A DNA stretch of 63,380 bases, filler included, from Collodictyon triciliatum (Eukaryota), in the NCBI GenBank assembly GCA_043381765.1. It is 6 parts of 6 records of this genome, joined end to end, with 100 filler letters (N's around TTAATTAATTAA, not from the genome) between each part and the next. Parts side by side here need not be neighbours in the genome. Positions count along the whole stretch, not along the records: positions 1 to 20,733 come from JBHJMP010000348.1; 5 more parts are not named here. One strand, written 5' to 3'. The notes beneath the pieces were generated by a model that ran no database searches, was not told the origin of the DNA, and saw only the letters and a list, made by a program, of their open reading frames with translations. Each line of letters starts with the position of its first letter. The first letter of the stretch is position 1. The translations under genes and the position numbers were made by a program. Shown here in pieces: positions 1 through 16,334 of this stretch.

Positions 1-210
1 AAAAAAACATAAAAAAACATAAAAAAACATAAAAAAACATAAAAAAAACATAAAAAAAACATAAAAAAACATAAAAAAAACATAAAAAAACATAAAAAAA
101 CATAAAAAACATAAAAAACATAAAAACATAAAAAAACATAAAAAAACATAAAAAAACATAAAAAAACATAAAAAACCATAAAAATCATAAAAAAAAACAT
201 AAAAAACCAT
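1..210. repeat. (A6-8CAT)n tandem satellite
   Basis: About 20 imperfect copies of AAAAAAACAT at the window start. Confidence 0.9.
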
Positions 211-330
211 AACATGATACTTGTTTTTCAAAAGAAAGGCACAAAGGTGGGATTACCTCATAAGCTCCAAATATTCTACTTGGGTTGGATTCTAAACTGA
301 CGCCATTATGTTCTTTTACTTGCTAGCCTC

Positions 331-3300
331 ATGTCCGGAATCCGCATCAAGGTCGACAATCCCGTGGTCGAATTAGACGGTGATGAAATGACAAGGCATT
401 TTTTTTTTTTTGCATTCACTCTTCTGAAAAAGCGTTAACAAAATGGACAATAAGCCATGTTATACAATGTTACACTATTGAAAATCCAAGTATCTATCAA
501 TCCTTTGAATCGAATAAAGAAAAAAAAGGAATATATCTATCCTTTCTAACAAAAAGCTCACCTATTGCAGGGTCATCTGGAAAATGATCAAAGATAAGGT
601 ACGATTCGCTGCATCCTGCTGCCTTGATTAGCTTAACTTTATATCGCGCTCTCAAAAACATTTCAGTATTCTCATGCACCAGTAACTCTGTGCCTGCACT
701 CCAGTCAAAAAAAAACGAATTAATACATAGAAATGAAAACATATTATATGCAACAAGAGATATCTCGCTTATACAAATTCACGAGCTCAAACATCACAAG
801 TACCGGTATAATCATTTGTAGCTTATCCTGCCGTATCTTGAGATTGACATCAAGTACTTCGACCTGGGCCTGCCGAACCGCGATGCCACCGATGACCGGG
901 TTACCATTGAGGCTGCCGAAGCTATGAAGAAGTATAATGTGGGAATCAAGTGTGCCACAATCACGCCAGATGAGCAGCGCGTGAAAGGTATTCTCTTCAT
1001 GCATACCCTTTTCTTTTCATGTCACTAATTCGTTTGCATGCTACATTTAAAGCATCTTATTGCTGTAAAAAAATTCCGACGTTGTAATATGTAATTTATT
1101 ATTCGCCAGTCTATTGTTATTGTTATTATTATCATTTTATTATAACAACCCGTTAAGCTATGCGATGCTTTATTTATACTTCCGATTTACCACTACCAGA
1201 GTTTTCACTGAAAAAGATGTGGCTCAGCCCGAATGGCACTATTCGAAACATCCTTGGAGGAACAGTTTTCCGTGAGCCTATCATCTGCAGCAATGTCCCA
1301 CGATTGGTAGTTGGTAATATCGTGAATTTGGTTAATTCACTTGCGCCTATTTTCCCATGCTGTCCTTATTATTTAATTCACATCATCAAGCAATACACCA
1401 TTATTGTTAAGAGAAAAATGACATAAGACGAAACAAATATACAGGCTGGACAAAGCCTATTATCATCGGGCGACACGCGCACGGGGACCAGTATAAGGCC
1501 AAGGATTTTGTAGTTCCTGGTGCGGGACGCGTAGAAATTGCCTTTTCACCTTCGAACGGAGGACCCGCCCAGAAGTACACCATTTTTGATTTCAAATCAT
1601 CGGGAATTGCCATGGCAATGTACAACACAGATGAGGTTTTTCTTTTGCAAGACAAATATAGTCCTCATACGTTTTTAAATATAACTTTCTCAAGTACCCA
1701 ATTAACTCTAAATTATACCTTTTTTTTGCGCGAAATGAAAATAATTAATTGATTTGCATACATATTCATCATTATCAAGTCTATCAAAGATTTTGCCCAC
1801 TCATGCTTCCAGTACGCTATATCACGTCGTTACCCATTGTACTTGAGGTAATTACCTAGAGTAATTCTTTCGTCAATTTTACTCGATATAAACGCAGTTG
1901 CATTACTTAACCGTTCTGTATGATTAATATTCACAATGACTAGCACAAAGAATACAATTCTGAAGGCCTACGACGGGCGATTCAAGGATATCTTTGAGCA
2001 TATTTACCAACAGTGTGTTTTGTTCGTCAATAAGCTTTTTTTTTATCGCCCATTTATTAAAAAAAAAAAGCTTTCCTGTGAATTATGCTACTTAAGGAAA
2101 TTTAATTTGATTTTACATACAGATGAGATAAATGAAGCGAAATGAATATACTTGGTTTGATTTCTTCTGTGACTCGAATTATGATATTACATCTGATTCA
2201 AATTTAATATTGTATAGGTACAAGGCCGAATTCCAGCGTTTGGGCATCGTCTACGAGCATAGATTAATAGATGACATGGTTGCCTACTGTATGAAATCTG
2301 AAGGCGGATTTGTGTGGGCGTGTAAGAACTATGACGGCGATGTGCAATCGGATACAGTGGCTCAAGGTGGAATCCATTTCTATAAATAATTTATCCTCTT
2401 CTTTTGCCAAAGTTCTTTTCCCAAACAACATTCAAAGTTATTCGTTTGGTTTGTGAACATATATATAAACGATGGCCATCTTATAAGGGTTTTGTAAAAG
2501 TAATATTAATATCAATTGAGAATATGATAATGCAAATCACAATTTAACTGGAGCTTCACATTCCATTTACTTTGTTCCAAAGGATTTGGTTCTTTGGGCC
2601 TGATGACAAGCGTCTTGGTATCTAGCGATGGCAAGACCCTAGAGTCTGAGGCAGCACACGGCACTGTCACACGCCATTACCGTCTTCATCAACAAGGAAA
2701 AGAGACTAGGTTTGCCAATATAGTCACCTCCATTTCTATACGCTATTTTAGAGTTGGGTGCATGAGCTGAAATTAATTTACTTCATTTATTCGTTAAAAT
2801 TATTTTATATGTTTTCCCTCTTTGCATCAAATGAGCATAGCACCAACCCCATCGCGAGTATTTTCGCGTGGACACGTGGACTTGCGCATCGTGCTAAACT
2901 GGATAGCAACAGCAAACTCGCTTTATTTTCGACATGTAATGATACTTATATCTTCCTTCTTTTCGATTTCATATTCATACATATTCTCATTCTTTTTTGT
3001 ACACTTCTCTTATTTTCCTTTAAATGGGATGCTTTTACACACTTTTATCCCGCATCGATTAACGCACTTTGTTTTGTTTTGTTCTGTGCTTGTATTTGTT
3101 CTTATGTTCCTGTTTGTGTGTTACTAGTGCTCGAGGAGGCGTGTGTTCAAACAGTAGAGAAAGGGCACATGACGAAAGACCTTGCAGCCAGTGTCTATGG
3201 GTCTGCGGAAAAGTATAGACCCTGCATTGTGTCTATTTGCGCCGCACCCACATGAACATACCAATTATTAATCTCATTCCTATTTTCTTTTCTTTTATGT

Positions 3301-3473
3301 TGTTTTATTTTATTTCAGTCCTGCTTCTCGTAGATTTACTTCCAAACGATTAAATTAATGCGACTAAATCTCACAGACTGACACGCTCGCAGTATCTGTC
3401 AACAGAACAGTTTATGGACAGCGTTTCTGAAACTTTCCGCGCATCGCTCTACGCTTCGCAACCACGCCTCTAA
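331..3473 (+). CDS. IDH: NADP-dependent isocitrate dehydrogenase (about 11 exons), C-terminal PTS1-like -PRL
   Basis: Exons join in frame and give [90 protein letters not shown] at 3471-3473. Confidence 0.97.
503..527 (+). mobile_element. micro-retroelement copy A (decayed TSD)
   Basis: CTTTGAATCGAATAAAG-A8 in IDH intron 1; flanks 489-503 and 528-542 match at 11 of 15 positions. Confidence 0.55.
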
Positions 3474-3510
3474 CAACCACAAACAGGCATAAACAGACTA
3501 ACGAACGAGC

Positions 3511-6500
3511 ATGAATGAACCCATTGTAAATTCGGAATATGCCCACCCTTTCATTACCTCGCTGAATTGAATGACCATGATAATTTTGTGGTGTGGTTGT
3601 GTTTAAGAAAATACAACCCCGAGTTTTAAAATTCCTGCCACAACAACTCTGCACATCGCAAGACCCAAGAGCAGCGCATCTCCAAACCCCGAAAGAAGTC
3701 CTCTCTTAAACTACCCATTCAGACCGACATGAATATAGTTAACATAGGAGGAAACAAGACAGTCTTCGTTACTTATCCGAAAGGATACTCCAAAGCGAAA
3801 GCAAACACAAGAACCAGCGCCCACGAAAGATAATCCGTCTATAATAACAGAGGCCTCCATTTGTATCCATCGTATTGCAAAATATTTTACAAAACATATG
3901 CGGAAAATCCAATATTTTAAGAGATTCCAGATTCAAAACAAAGCTCATTAATAATAATTTATATATATTCCAGAATTTGAATACCGTTTTCCACAAGAGG
4001 CCGAGCTGGAACCAAAAAAAAAGGAGGAATAGACAGGCAATAGATGGAGATGGCTTGCCTGACTCACAGCCAGAAACTCAGCAGAAGCCTGCCGTGCGCT
4101 ACATGCCAGATCACAGGGACTCAAAAATCGCCACTGAAAGCACAGAGCTTGACAGGTTTGCATCGTTTATCAAAATCATTATCAACATTATTTTAAAATG
4201 GAACTATTAAATAAAACCTGTCACCCTTCGCACTGCCTCCTCAAAAAATAAATAGTCACTTCGTGCGTATATATCGACCCTTTTTCTTTTCCAGTGGCGG
4301 TCTGTCGCTTTCTGTGCCTCAAAACGTTTCGGTCTCTCTCTCAAATGATCCACCAAAGAGTCCGGATAAACTAGCGTCTGAATCGTCTCCTGATAATAAG
4401 GACTATTGGGAGGCGATCAGAAGTCAATCTACACCCATTAAAGCCATTGTCAAGGAGCTCAATGATCTAGAAGCGCGAGTCACAACCCCTTTTGATCGAC
4501 GAAAGAAAGCACATGTTCAAGAGATTCAGCGGAGAACACCGCAAGTAAATTCATCACTACGCTAATATCTTGATCCCTTATCCTCTTGATGTCTTGACGT
4601 CTTAACCTCTTAATCCCTTAATCCCTTAATCCCTTAATCCCTTAATCCCTTAATCCCTTAATCCCTTAATCCCTTAATCCCTTAATCCCTTAATCCCTTA
4701 ATCCCTTAATCCCTTAATCTCTAAATCTCTAAATCTCTAAATCTCTTAACCCCTCCACCTTTTAACATTTCATTCTCTCAAACTTGCATCCGACATTTTA
4801 TTTTTCGATTTCTTCTTGCACTTTGATATACTTTAACACATGATGTTACGGCAGCTTGCCAACTTGGATGTCGCTGACTTGGAAAGAGAATTGTACAAAA
4901 AGCCAAAGCATCATAACGCTTCAAGGTCTAGAATGTGGTTGCATGATGAGGAACGTCTAGTAACATCAAAGTATACATGGCTTTTTCTTTTTTTCATCAC
5001 CTTTATTGACAGATAGATAACAGATACCTGAGGAGTTTGCCATTTTTTTATAAGCATGTCTAAATTTATAGCTCGATACATGGAATCTTCGTGAACAATC
5101 TTAAAGTAATCCAAATAACGTAAAAGGGTAAACAAGGCGGACCCAAATATCTCCATCACATTGCAAGACACATTTGATGCATCGGGAATACGCTTGAATT
5201 CACCCCTTGCAAAGTTTATGAGTGTGCCTATGGACTCCCTTCCTCCACTTCGGCGAAGTAAGTTTGCATACTTTCCAACAATTTCACTTCCAACTTGTTC
5301 CCTTATGGTATGCGCCGATATATCTGACGGTGATCAATTCAATCGTGGAATTTAGCAAATGTTGGACACTCGAACATGTTTCCAGCTAAAGAGTTCAACG
5401 ATGCCAGCCTTCGCGCAAGGCAAGTCATGGTGGGTTATACTTAAAAAAATTACCCCTTTGTTGGGTCTGAAACGATAATATTAACCATTAAGAATTTTCT
5501 TTCATTTAAAAAAACTAATGTTTCATATGGTTTTATTCAGAGTGGCGTTTCATTCGTCCACTTGGATGATGACAATAAAAATTATGATAATCCGTTTCCT
5601 ATGGCATCCCTGAAAGGTAAATATACTTCAAAATTAGAGCCAAACATATCCGCTCAATAAATTGATTGATGCAATTTTTGACACCATTCATAATTGGTAT
5701 TTTAGATCAAGGAGTCGTAGAGAAGAAATCGTATGTTTTTCCTCATGCTATCATTTCACAGTTTTTTCATCTTTATTCGATTCAAGTGTATGTATGAAAG
5801 AACTTGCTCCTTTTTTCAAGCTCATGTTCATGCATTGCAGTTATGTTCATAGCCCGAGGTCTAGAACTGGGACATCAGACCAGAAAAAATCCAACTTTTA
5901 CAGGCTTAGCCCATTTAATACTACAGATGACACGTTATCAAGTATTTTCATGTTACAATTTATTTCTTGCTCCCATGCGCGATGTGAGTTTTTATCTTTC
6001 TCTTTATGGATAAACATTCTTTCATTGAAATTTCTTTAAAAAACAGTCACACGGAGAGTTTCCAAGCTTCAATCCTTATCCATGTCGGGTATAGGAGCAG
6101 CCCTGAATGACACATTGTCGACCACGGGTTCTGTTCTTATCACAAGCAAGTCGGGGAAGGTGAGAAGAAATATAACCGAATCAATGTAAAAATTGGAAGA
6201 TATAATAAAGGAAGTTACTGATGAAAGCGTTTCATATTACTGAGTCTAAATCTAGCTGTATACATAATATATAGGAAATCGATCGCGAAAAACAGCGAGA
6301 GGCAATAATTCCTCATATTCTTTTGTATCATCGATTCTCGTGTTTCAGTATCGCATAAGCATGATTAAACAATTAAAAGATATACTGAATAAAATAGGAA
6401 AGAGATAAAATATATGACCAAGAGAAAATAGAGCTCCTTCAAGTCAGGTCGAAGGAAGAACTAGACGAGTTAACAAAAATACTGGACTTCGACGCTGGGA

Positions 6501-7896
6501 TTGTAAGTAAATTGCTAAAAATAAAAATAAAAAAATCGCGCTTATTGCATGATTCAATAATTAACTAAATATTCCATAGCAACTAGAGTTCCACTTTTTA
6601 ATAAAAAAAATCACTGAAGGTGACAAACTGGAGACTTCAATTTGTAGACAAAAAAGAAGGATTAGTAGCAGATCTGCACAAGAAGCTAGAAATTAGACAC
6701 ACAGAGCGTGAAGAAGTTTGATTTTATTTTAAAGATGTTACATCCAAGTATCCTTTCTGCGCCAATTATTCTTAATGAGGAAAAATCGGTACCTTCATGA
6801 TTTAAAAATAGGTTTATCATAACCGTGCCATGCTTTCTAAAGCAGTGAAGATAATTACCCCAGAAGGAAAACCCATTTTTAAGCCTCCTAAAATTGATAA
6901 TATATGGTGAGCATGAGGTACTCCAGATGCCATATAATCATCTGCTAATCACTGCTACCGACTTCTGCTATCTTGTGTCCAGGAAATCTGCAAAGTATCG
7001 CCTCAACAAGGACCAATCATCATTCCCCATTCGAAAAGACTTTTACTCTGGTCTTCTAGCGCACATAGAACAGGAAGGAGGACTAAAATCTTTCAAGGAC
7101 GAAGCCCTTCTGCTAGCGGTAAAAAGGTGTGTCATACAAATAATATTTAGGCTTTATTTTCAAACAAAAAAAGCAAAACATTATATCTGCTGGGCATCTT
7201 TGTTTCAATTTCGGTATGTAAGAAAATGAAAAAAAAAATGAATTTTACAACCAAAGACATAAAAATGCAGTTGTGTACCGCAAAAGAAAAATTTATCAGT
7301 TGTTATATTCTGAACAAATAGACGAATGGAGGAGGGATACCCCATAAACAGACGGCTGGTTTATGATCTTGTGAAAGAATTTGGTAAAATAAATTTTGTA
7401 CTTGTACTTGTTTTCCATTTCTCTTGGTTAAAGCTTTCTGTCATGATGTTACTTCTTTTGTTAACCTGTCAACAAAATGTCCGCGGGGGTTGTCAGGCGA
7501 AGCATTGGATGCAGATTCAGACTTCAAAGCTATCATTCGTTATTTATGCTTCAAATGCAAGGTGACAAGTGAAGAACTCGAATCCTACGTATCGTCCATA
7601 GGTAATTGAGTAATATGGAGAAGGGTGTAGTGGAGACGCTTCAACCCTCTAATGATGCATTGATTCTCTCTCTTGAACAACCACCTAACTAACCATCATT
7701 TAATTTAGGTACTCTATCGTATGAAACACCCATAAGAAAAGGTGCATCCCAGCACGCTTCTGTGTTGAATCCGACTGCCAACATGGCGTGTTTACAGTCA
7801 AGTAACGAGCCATCAAACTCGTTTGTCGACAAACAGCCGACACGAAATCCTTTCGACATCGTTTATCTTGAAAGATTACCTTCTCTGTACGATTAG
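3511..7896 (+). CDS. multi-exon hypothetical protein; low-complexity N-terminal half and helical C-terminal domain; 5' end uncertain
   Basis: Chain of open segments bounded by AG/GT that join in frame, e.g. ...KPPKIDNIW|KSAKYRLNKDQ...AVKR|RMEEGYPINRR...|GEALDADSDF...SSIG|TLSYETP...LYD*; no family recognised. Confidence 0.6.
4609..4750. repeat. (CTTAATCC)n / (GGGATTAA)n telomere-like tandem repeat in an intron
   Basis: About 13 perfect 8-mers that decay into CTAAATCT variants. Confidence 0.9.
5762..5786 (-). mobile_element. micro-retroelement copy B (no TSD seen)
   Basis: Reverse complement reads CTTGAATCGAATAAAGATGAAAAAA; intronic. Confidence 0.45.
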
Positions 7897-9083
7897 CATT
7901 CAATCAATACCGATTTTTCTTTTTAAAATTACTGAAAAAATATCATAATAGCTCCTTTTTTTTCCCCTATTTCTATTTTTGAGTCCACCAAGTTATGAGG
8001 AATATTCGCATTTCTTTTGGGGTCAACTAAAAAATCAACAACAAAAGACAAAAAAAAACGCACTCTTTGGGTTGCTGCTGAATCTTTCCCTATCTCTTCC
8101 ACCCCCCGCATCGAAAATGATACTTCCAATTCTGGATTCCGATGTGACATGCTTCCATCCTGGACACAACTGTCTATTTTTAGCCACGAATTGATCTATT
8201 ATCCAAAAACGACTATCTTTGACCTTAGAGAGCGCATATAGATTAATTGAATCCTGGTTTTATAGAATCCCACTGGCTATTCGAAGAAAGGATACCAAGA
8301 TTGGACAATTCTTTGTTCACCCCGGCATTCCTATGTGCGTGTTTGCCCGCGCACGAGAATTTTGATCAATCGTCGCGTTTTTCGTCCTTTGGCATTTGCG
8401 TGTGTGTGTGGGTTGCGGGTTTATATTCGTGCGCTTTGAGTGAGCCTCATATCCAACAACGCATTTTCCAATCATTTCATGACACATGTCCACAACAACG
8501 CAGCATCCCATTACCAGATCCCTTTTCGCTTCCTTGTTCTTTTCCCTTCTCTTCTTTTCCAGTCCTCCTTTCATGTTTCACTTTGCTTCGATTATAATAG
8601 GGGATGTTTTTTTTTTTTCTCAAGTATCAGAACAAACCCCAGTCAAAACTGTGAAGAGGAAAAGCATAAACAAAAACAAAAAAGAAATACTCTGAACTGT
8701 GGGTTGTGGATGGAACTTGCAGATGCTTTTGCCTCCGCGGAAATTATTATTATAGAAGAGAATTACTTTTGAAAAGAAATAAAGGAATTGTGATGGAAAC
8801 AAACAAAAGAATCTAAAGAAAAAACGCATTACGGGGCTAAGTAAACGCCATTCGCGTAACCTGGCTGCGATCGTTGCGATCTGCCACTCGCTTGAGTACA
8901 TGAGCGATATCTGCCAGCTGCGAGTCCATTTCCCTTCATCTCTACTCTCCTCTCTCTCTCTCTTCCTGCTTCATTGCGTTAAAAAGAAAAAGAATAGAAA
9001 AGAATAGAAAAGCCCTTGATACACGCTGCTTGTCTCACCTGTCAACACACACTCAGGCCAGTGGGGTTGGATCTGTCTGCACA

Positions 9084-12206
<3,123 letters not shown>

Positions 12207-13330
12207 GTCGCGGATATGTCTGCTTTAATGCCTATGGTAAGCTATCCTTTTTCTAATTTTTTTTTTGGCTTCTGTTCTATAATATGACTAAATAAAAGAC
12301 ACATGTAAATCAGTATAAAAAAATCGCATTATTCCGTATTCGGTTGGAGGAATGTCAATTTTGATTTTCCAACAGTCCAACTTTGTGTGTTGATTTTTTA
12401 TATCATTTTTTTAAAGGAGTCTCAACAAAATGGCAAGGCAAAATAATCTATTTTCATTTCATTGCAATCTGCATAGGTTTACACGATTATGGGGATGTTT
12501 GGTGGCCGATTTATACATTTTCTTTCTTTGTTCTTTTCTTCCTCCATCTTCTCTTTGATGAGAATCACGTTTATCTTTTAACAATAGACTTACGTTGTTT
12601 GCCCCATCCAGAGCCGAATAGAAGACATGCATTCAACACTCTCATTAGACCCTCTCCCAAAGTCCATCCTGGACAAACACTTTTTTCTTTCTTTTTTTAA
12701 TGCCAGACATCATTACCACCACCATCATCATCATATCTTTTCTATGCTGTCCTATTCGCCAGCCTTCTCACTCACTCGCCCGCCCTAGCCGAACCTTAAT
12801 TTTTTCTCTGATTCGATCACCACGATAGATTTGCCAGAGTTTTACCCTTTACTTCTACCCTTTCGCGTTATTTTCTCCTTTCTTTTTTTCTTCATTCGTT
12901 AAATAAGACCAGGCGAAGCGGTTCACCAAACGGCAAACTTGACAGACAAAAGGATTCCATTCAAAGCCATTTAGACAAACTCACCAACAAGTGAATAAAG
13001 ATATAAAGAACCCCCACAAAAGTGTATTGGTTTCGAAGGAAACAACGCATGTAATTGCAGAGGCTCTTGTCCCACGCAATCATGGATGATGCAAGTTGCT
13101 TCCCAAGTAGTGATGAATCAGAAACCTGTGTCTTGTTATGCGAGACGCACGCTAATCAGCATTCTTGCAAATGCCCCAGCAAATTAGTTCATCATGGGTT
13201 GGGTGATTTAAAAAAATGTTGGACGGGTATTCGCTCACACTCCCAAAACTATATTGGGACTGTGGCTTGTGGTTCGCGCAACAAAGCCATTCCATCACAA
13301 AACGGTTCTGATCAAAATCTAATGAAAGAT

Positions 13331-14440
13331 TTATACTACTTCCGATTCTGAATGCCCTGCTCTTCTTCTGGCAACATTCCTTTGAGTTTTGGCGAAAAAG
13401 AAAAAAAAGGAGGTGTGGGGGACAGGAAGAAAAACATAAGAATAGATGAGAGTCAAAAGAATGAAAGAGGGGCAAATGAATACACAATTATTATTCCTCT
13501 ATTTCAGCCGGTTTTCTTTTGTGCAGACGAAGCAGACAACACAGACGATGATGTTGTGGAAGATGTTTGCTGTGTGCGATTGGCCTCTAAGCTTTTGTTA
13601 GGGTTGCGAGTTAACTTAGACCACGAGTTTACATCAAAGTAAATCTGCATCCCATCGACTCCAGTCTTTTCCTGAATCCATTCCTGACTTTGCTTCTGAT
13701 ACACCCATCCACGTCCGTTCCTATGAACCACACAAGGAGAATTAGAAAGAAAAATATGATGCTTCACATTAGTTCGAGTATGTATACTGACAGTAGTTGC
13801 CAGTAAAATATGTCGAAACTGCTACTTACAATTCTTCTGCTGCGGTTGCCTGTAGCGAGGATTTGGGCTTAGAGTAGAAAATGTAGAATAAAGTCTTTTC
13901 CGAAAATTGACGAATTTTGCGGGTCGGTGGTTCTTGGGATAACACATAATAGCAACTGGGTATGCTGTATTGCTCGCCGGTGCGGTTTGTTGGTTGCTCG
14001 AGCCAAGGCGAGTCGAATTTCTTGTAGAGATAGCTACGATGAAAAAGCCTCTTAAGTATATATTGTTACACACAACATAACTCAATTGTGGCTTAAGATA
14101 ATCTCAGAAAAGCTACTTGCTGTGCGGGATTTATGTCGAAGTGATTTCAATAGAGACCGGAAAAAAAATAAAGTAAAATATAAACATCATAAAAGAAGGA
14201 GAGGGAAACATCATGTCCAAAATATACTCTGCTGTGTTTAAGTCCAGTCCCAGAGACGTGAGGTCAGTGCCCAATGCTAGATGACTCAAATCGGCATCGA
14301 CTTTGTTGATTACGCTGAGGAAGCCTTGTAGCCCGAAACGGCTGGAATCAGGGTCTGTGATAGATTTCGGCTGCGTTTTGAACAGGTTAAAATGAGAAAT
14401 TAAATAATAGAGTCGAATTAGAATACCCTAAATGGATACC

Positions 14441-14538
<98 letters not shown>

Positions 14539-16334
14539 TATCCAAATTTAACGAGAAAATGCGAGAAAGTAAATGCCGCAATATTTTCAAAACGATTCAT
14601 TAGATTACAACCTTCATTTGATTAGCCAAAAATGACGGGTCCTGGCTCTGTATCTGCTCCAACATGCTTCGTGCCTTTTAAATAGCGTACAAACCAAAAT
14701 TAAAATAATATCAATCAAGAGAATTGAAGAGTACATTTATCTAACAATGTGATGTGGTAGAATTACGGGGGCAGAATTAACGATGGGTTGTTGCGTTGAA
14801 AGCATCGCCGCAGGCTGCTTTTGTTGCGGATTCGAGCCATTATCGAGTGAAGATGCAACTCCACTTGGTGTTTGATTGAAGGCAGAGGTTTGTTTCATGG
14901 CAAGATTGGCTGGCTGTGGGACTGGTATTTGAGAAATATTCGCTGTCATTCCCATCGAGCTTTGACTCATGCCATAGGCTAATTGGTGGGCGCTTGGGTG
15001 TACATTTTGGTTGCGGCTGAGACTTTGCTGCGACCCTGCTGGTGAAGGGGACGGCATTTGGATGGATAGTCCGGGAGGGACAGGGGTTATTTGTCCATTC
15101 AAATTCGGTATCGTGTGATTCGATGCGAGCATGGATGGTGTCATATTTCGATACATCGCACTGGCGGGGAAGTTTTGCGAATCGTAAAATCCTCCTTGGT
15201 TGATGCCTGATGCTGGAGCATAACCAGCGACTCCATCTTGCATGAGAATAATCGAATTATGTACACGTAATAAGAATGTGTTGGAGGATTTGTCTTATAT
15301 TCAGGTCGTTTTCATAAATACTATAAGAGGTCATTGTATTGTTGGAATTATTGTTATCGTTGATTTGTTACTCCTCTTCTTACCAATGTATGTGTTTTGT
15401 GCGTCAGTGAAAGGCATCTGATTTCTTGGTGTCATCTGCGGATAATAATTGAGTGATATGAAAGATAAGTTTGTTTATTTTTTTTTCATGATTTACACTT
15501 ACGTAACCTTTTTCCCCAAGAGATAGTTTTGGTCGAATAGAATGTGGGTGGATTAGTATCATAATGTATATAGGGTAAATAAAAGAGTGGCACGGGATCT
15601 TTGAATCGAATAAAGGAAAAAAGAAAAGAGTGGCACAGGATAAAGTCAAGGAAATTACAGAGGCTTACTGCGGTTGTAGATGTCACCATTTTGGGTAGCT
15701 GCGTTTGCATATTCCATGATAGAGAGGGGAGTTTGTCCGATGGACTGTTCGGGAATAATAAACTGTGCCTGATTCATCCCCGAAGGTCTTCCTTGCATTC
15801 CTGACCACGAAGTAGATACACATATACATATATTTATAAAGAAGTATTGTTCGTTGATGAAAAATACAGGGACTCCATTCAGCATATGATACCCATGAAT
15901 TGATGTTGTGATTAATTAATTGAATTGTTTAAAAGAAATGGAGACAGGGGGGTATATAACCAACCAGGCGGCATGGACATAGAAGCAACTTGTCCAGTTT
16001 TTCCACCATATGGATTCTATAAAAGGGAGCAGTGTGTTAGTATATTTTTTAAAAGAAAATCTTGGATGAGATACACTTTATAAACTTTTCAACGGCCAAA
16101 CATGTATTCAACTTACTGTTACCACTACCATATTATATTGTAGAGATTATTAGTATTATTATAGTGATTGATGTTGTTGTCACTAACAGAGTGGACAGGA
16201 ATCGGCCGCGCAAGGGGTACTGGGTTCTGAGACTGGTTTTGCTGGGACATCTGCGCGGAAATGTGACCGGAGTAAACCTGTGTGTCTGTTACAAGTGGCC
16301 TTCGCGCACTGTTGACTGAAGACGACATATTCAT
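13331..16334 (-). CDS. CNOT2: CCR4-NOT subunit NOT2; ends at 13504, or at 13331 if a final intron is spliced
   Basis: RFGLQGFL...LALGTDLTSLGLDLN...LYKKFDSPW...YSIPSCY...FSEKTLFYIFYSKP...AAEELNGRGWVY is the NOT2 box; Q/P/S-rich N-terminus. Confidence 0.88.
14441..14535. repeat. (AAT)n microsatellite
   Basis: Direct reading; intronic. Confidence 0.95.
15599..15623 (+). mobile_element. micro-retroelement copy C with 18-bp TSD
   Basis: AAAAGAGTGGCACGGGAT [CTTTGAATCGAATAAAGGAAAAAAG] AAAAGAGTGGCACAGGAT. Confidence 0.8.

Noticed and set aside
6748-6756. GTATCCTTT U12-like donor
   Set aside because: Lies inside an intron that must start at 6716 to avoid an in-frame TGA.
13100-13200. C/D-box snoRNA or SECIS-like structure (TGATGAA...TTCATCA, CTGA)
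   Set aside because: No convincing terminal stem or correctly placed rRNA guide; the motifs are short and expected by chance.
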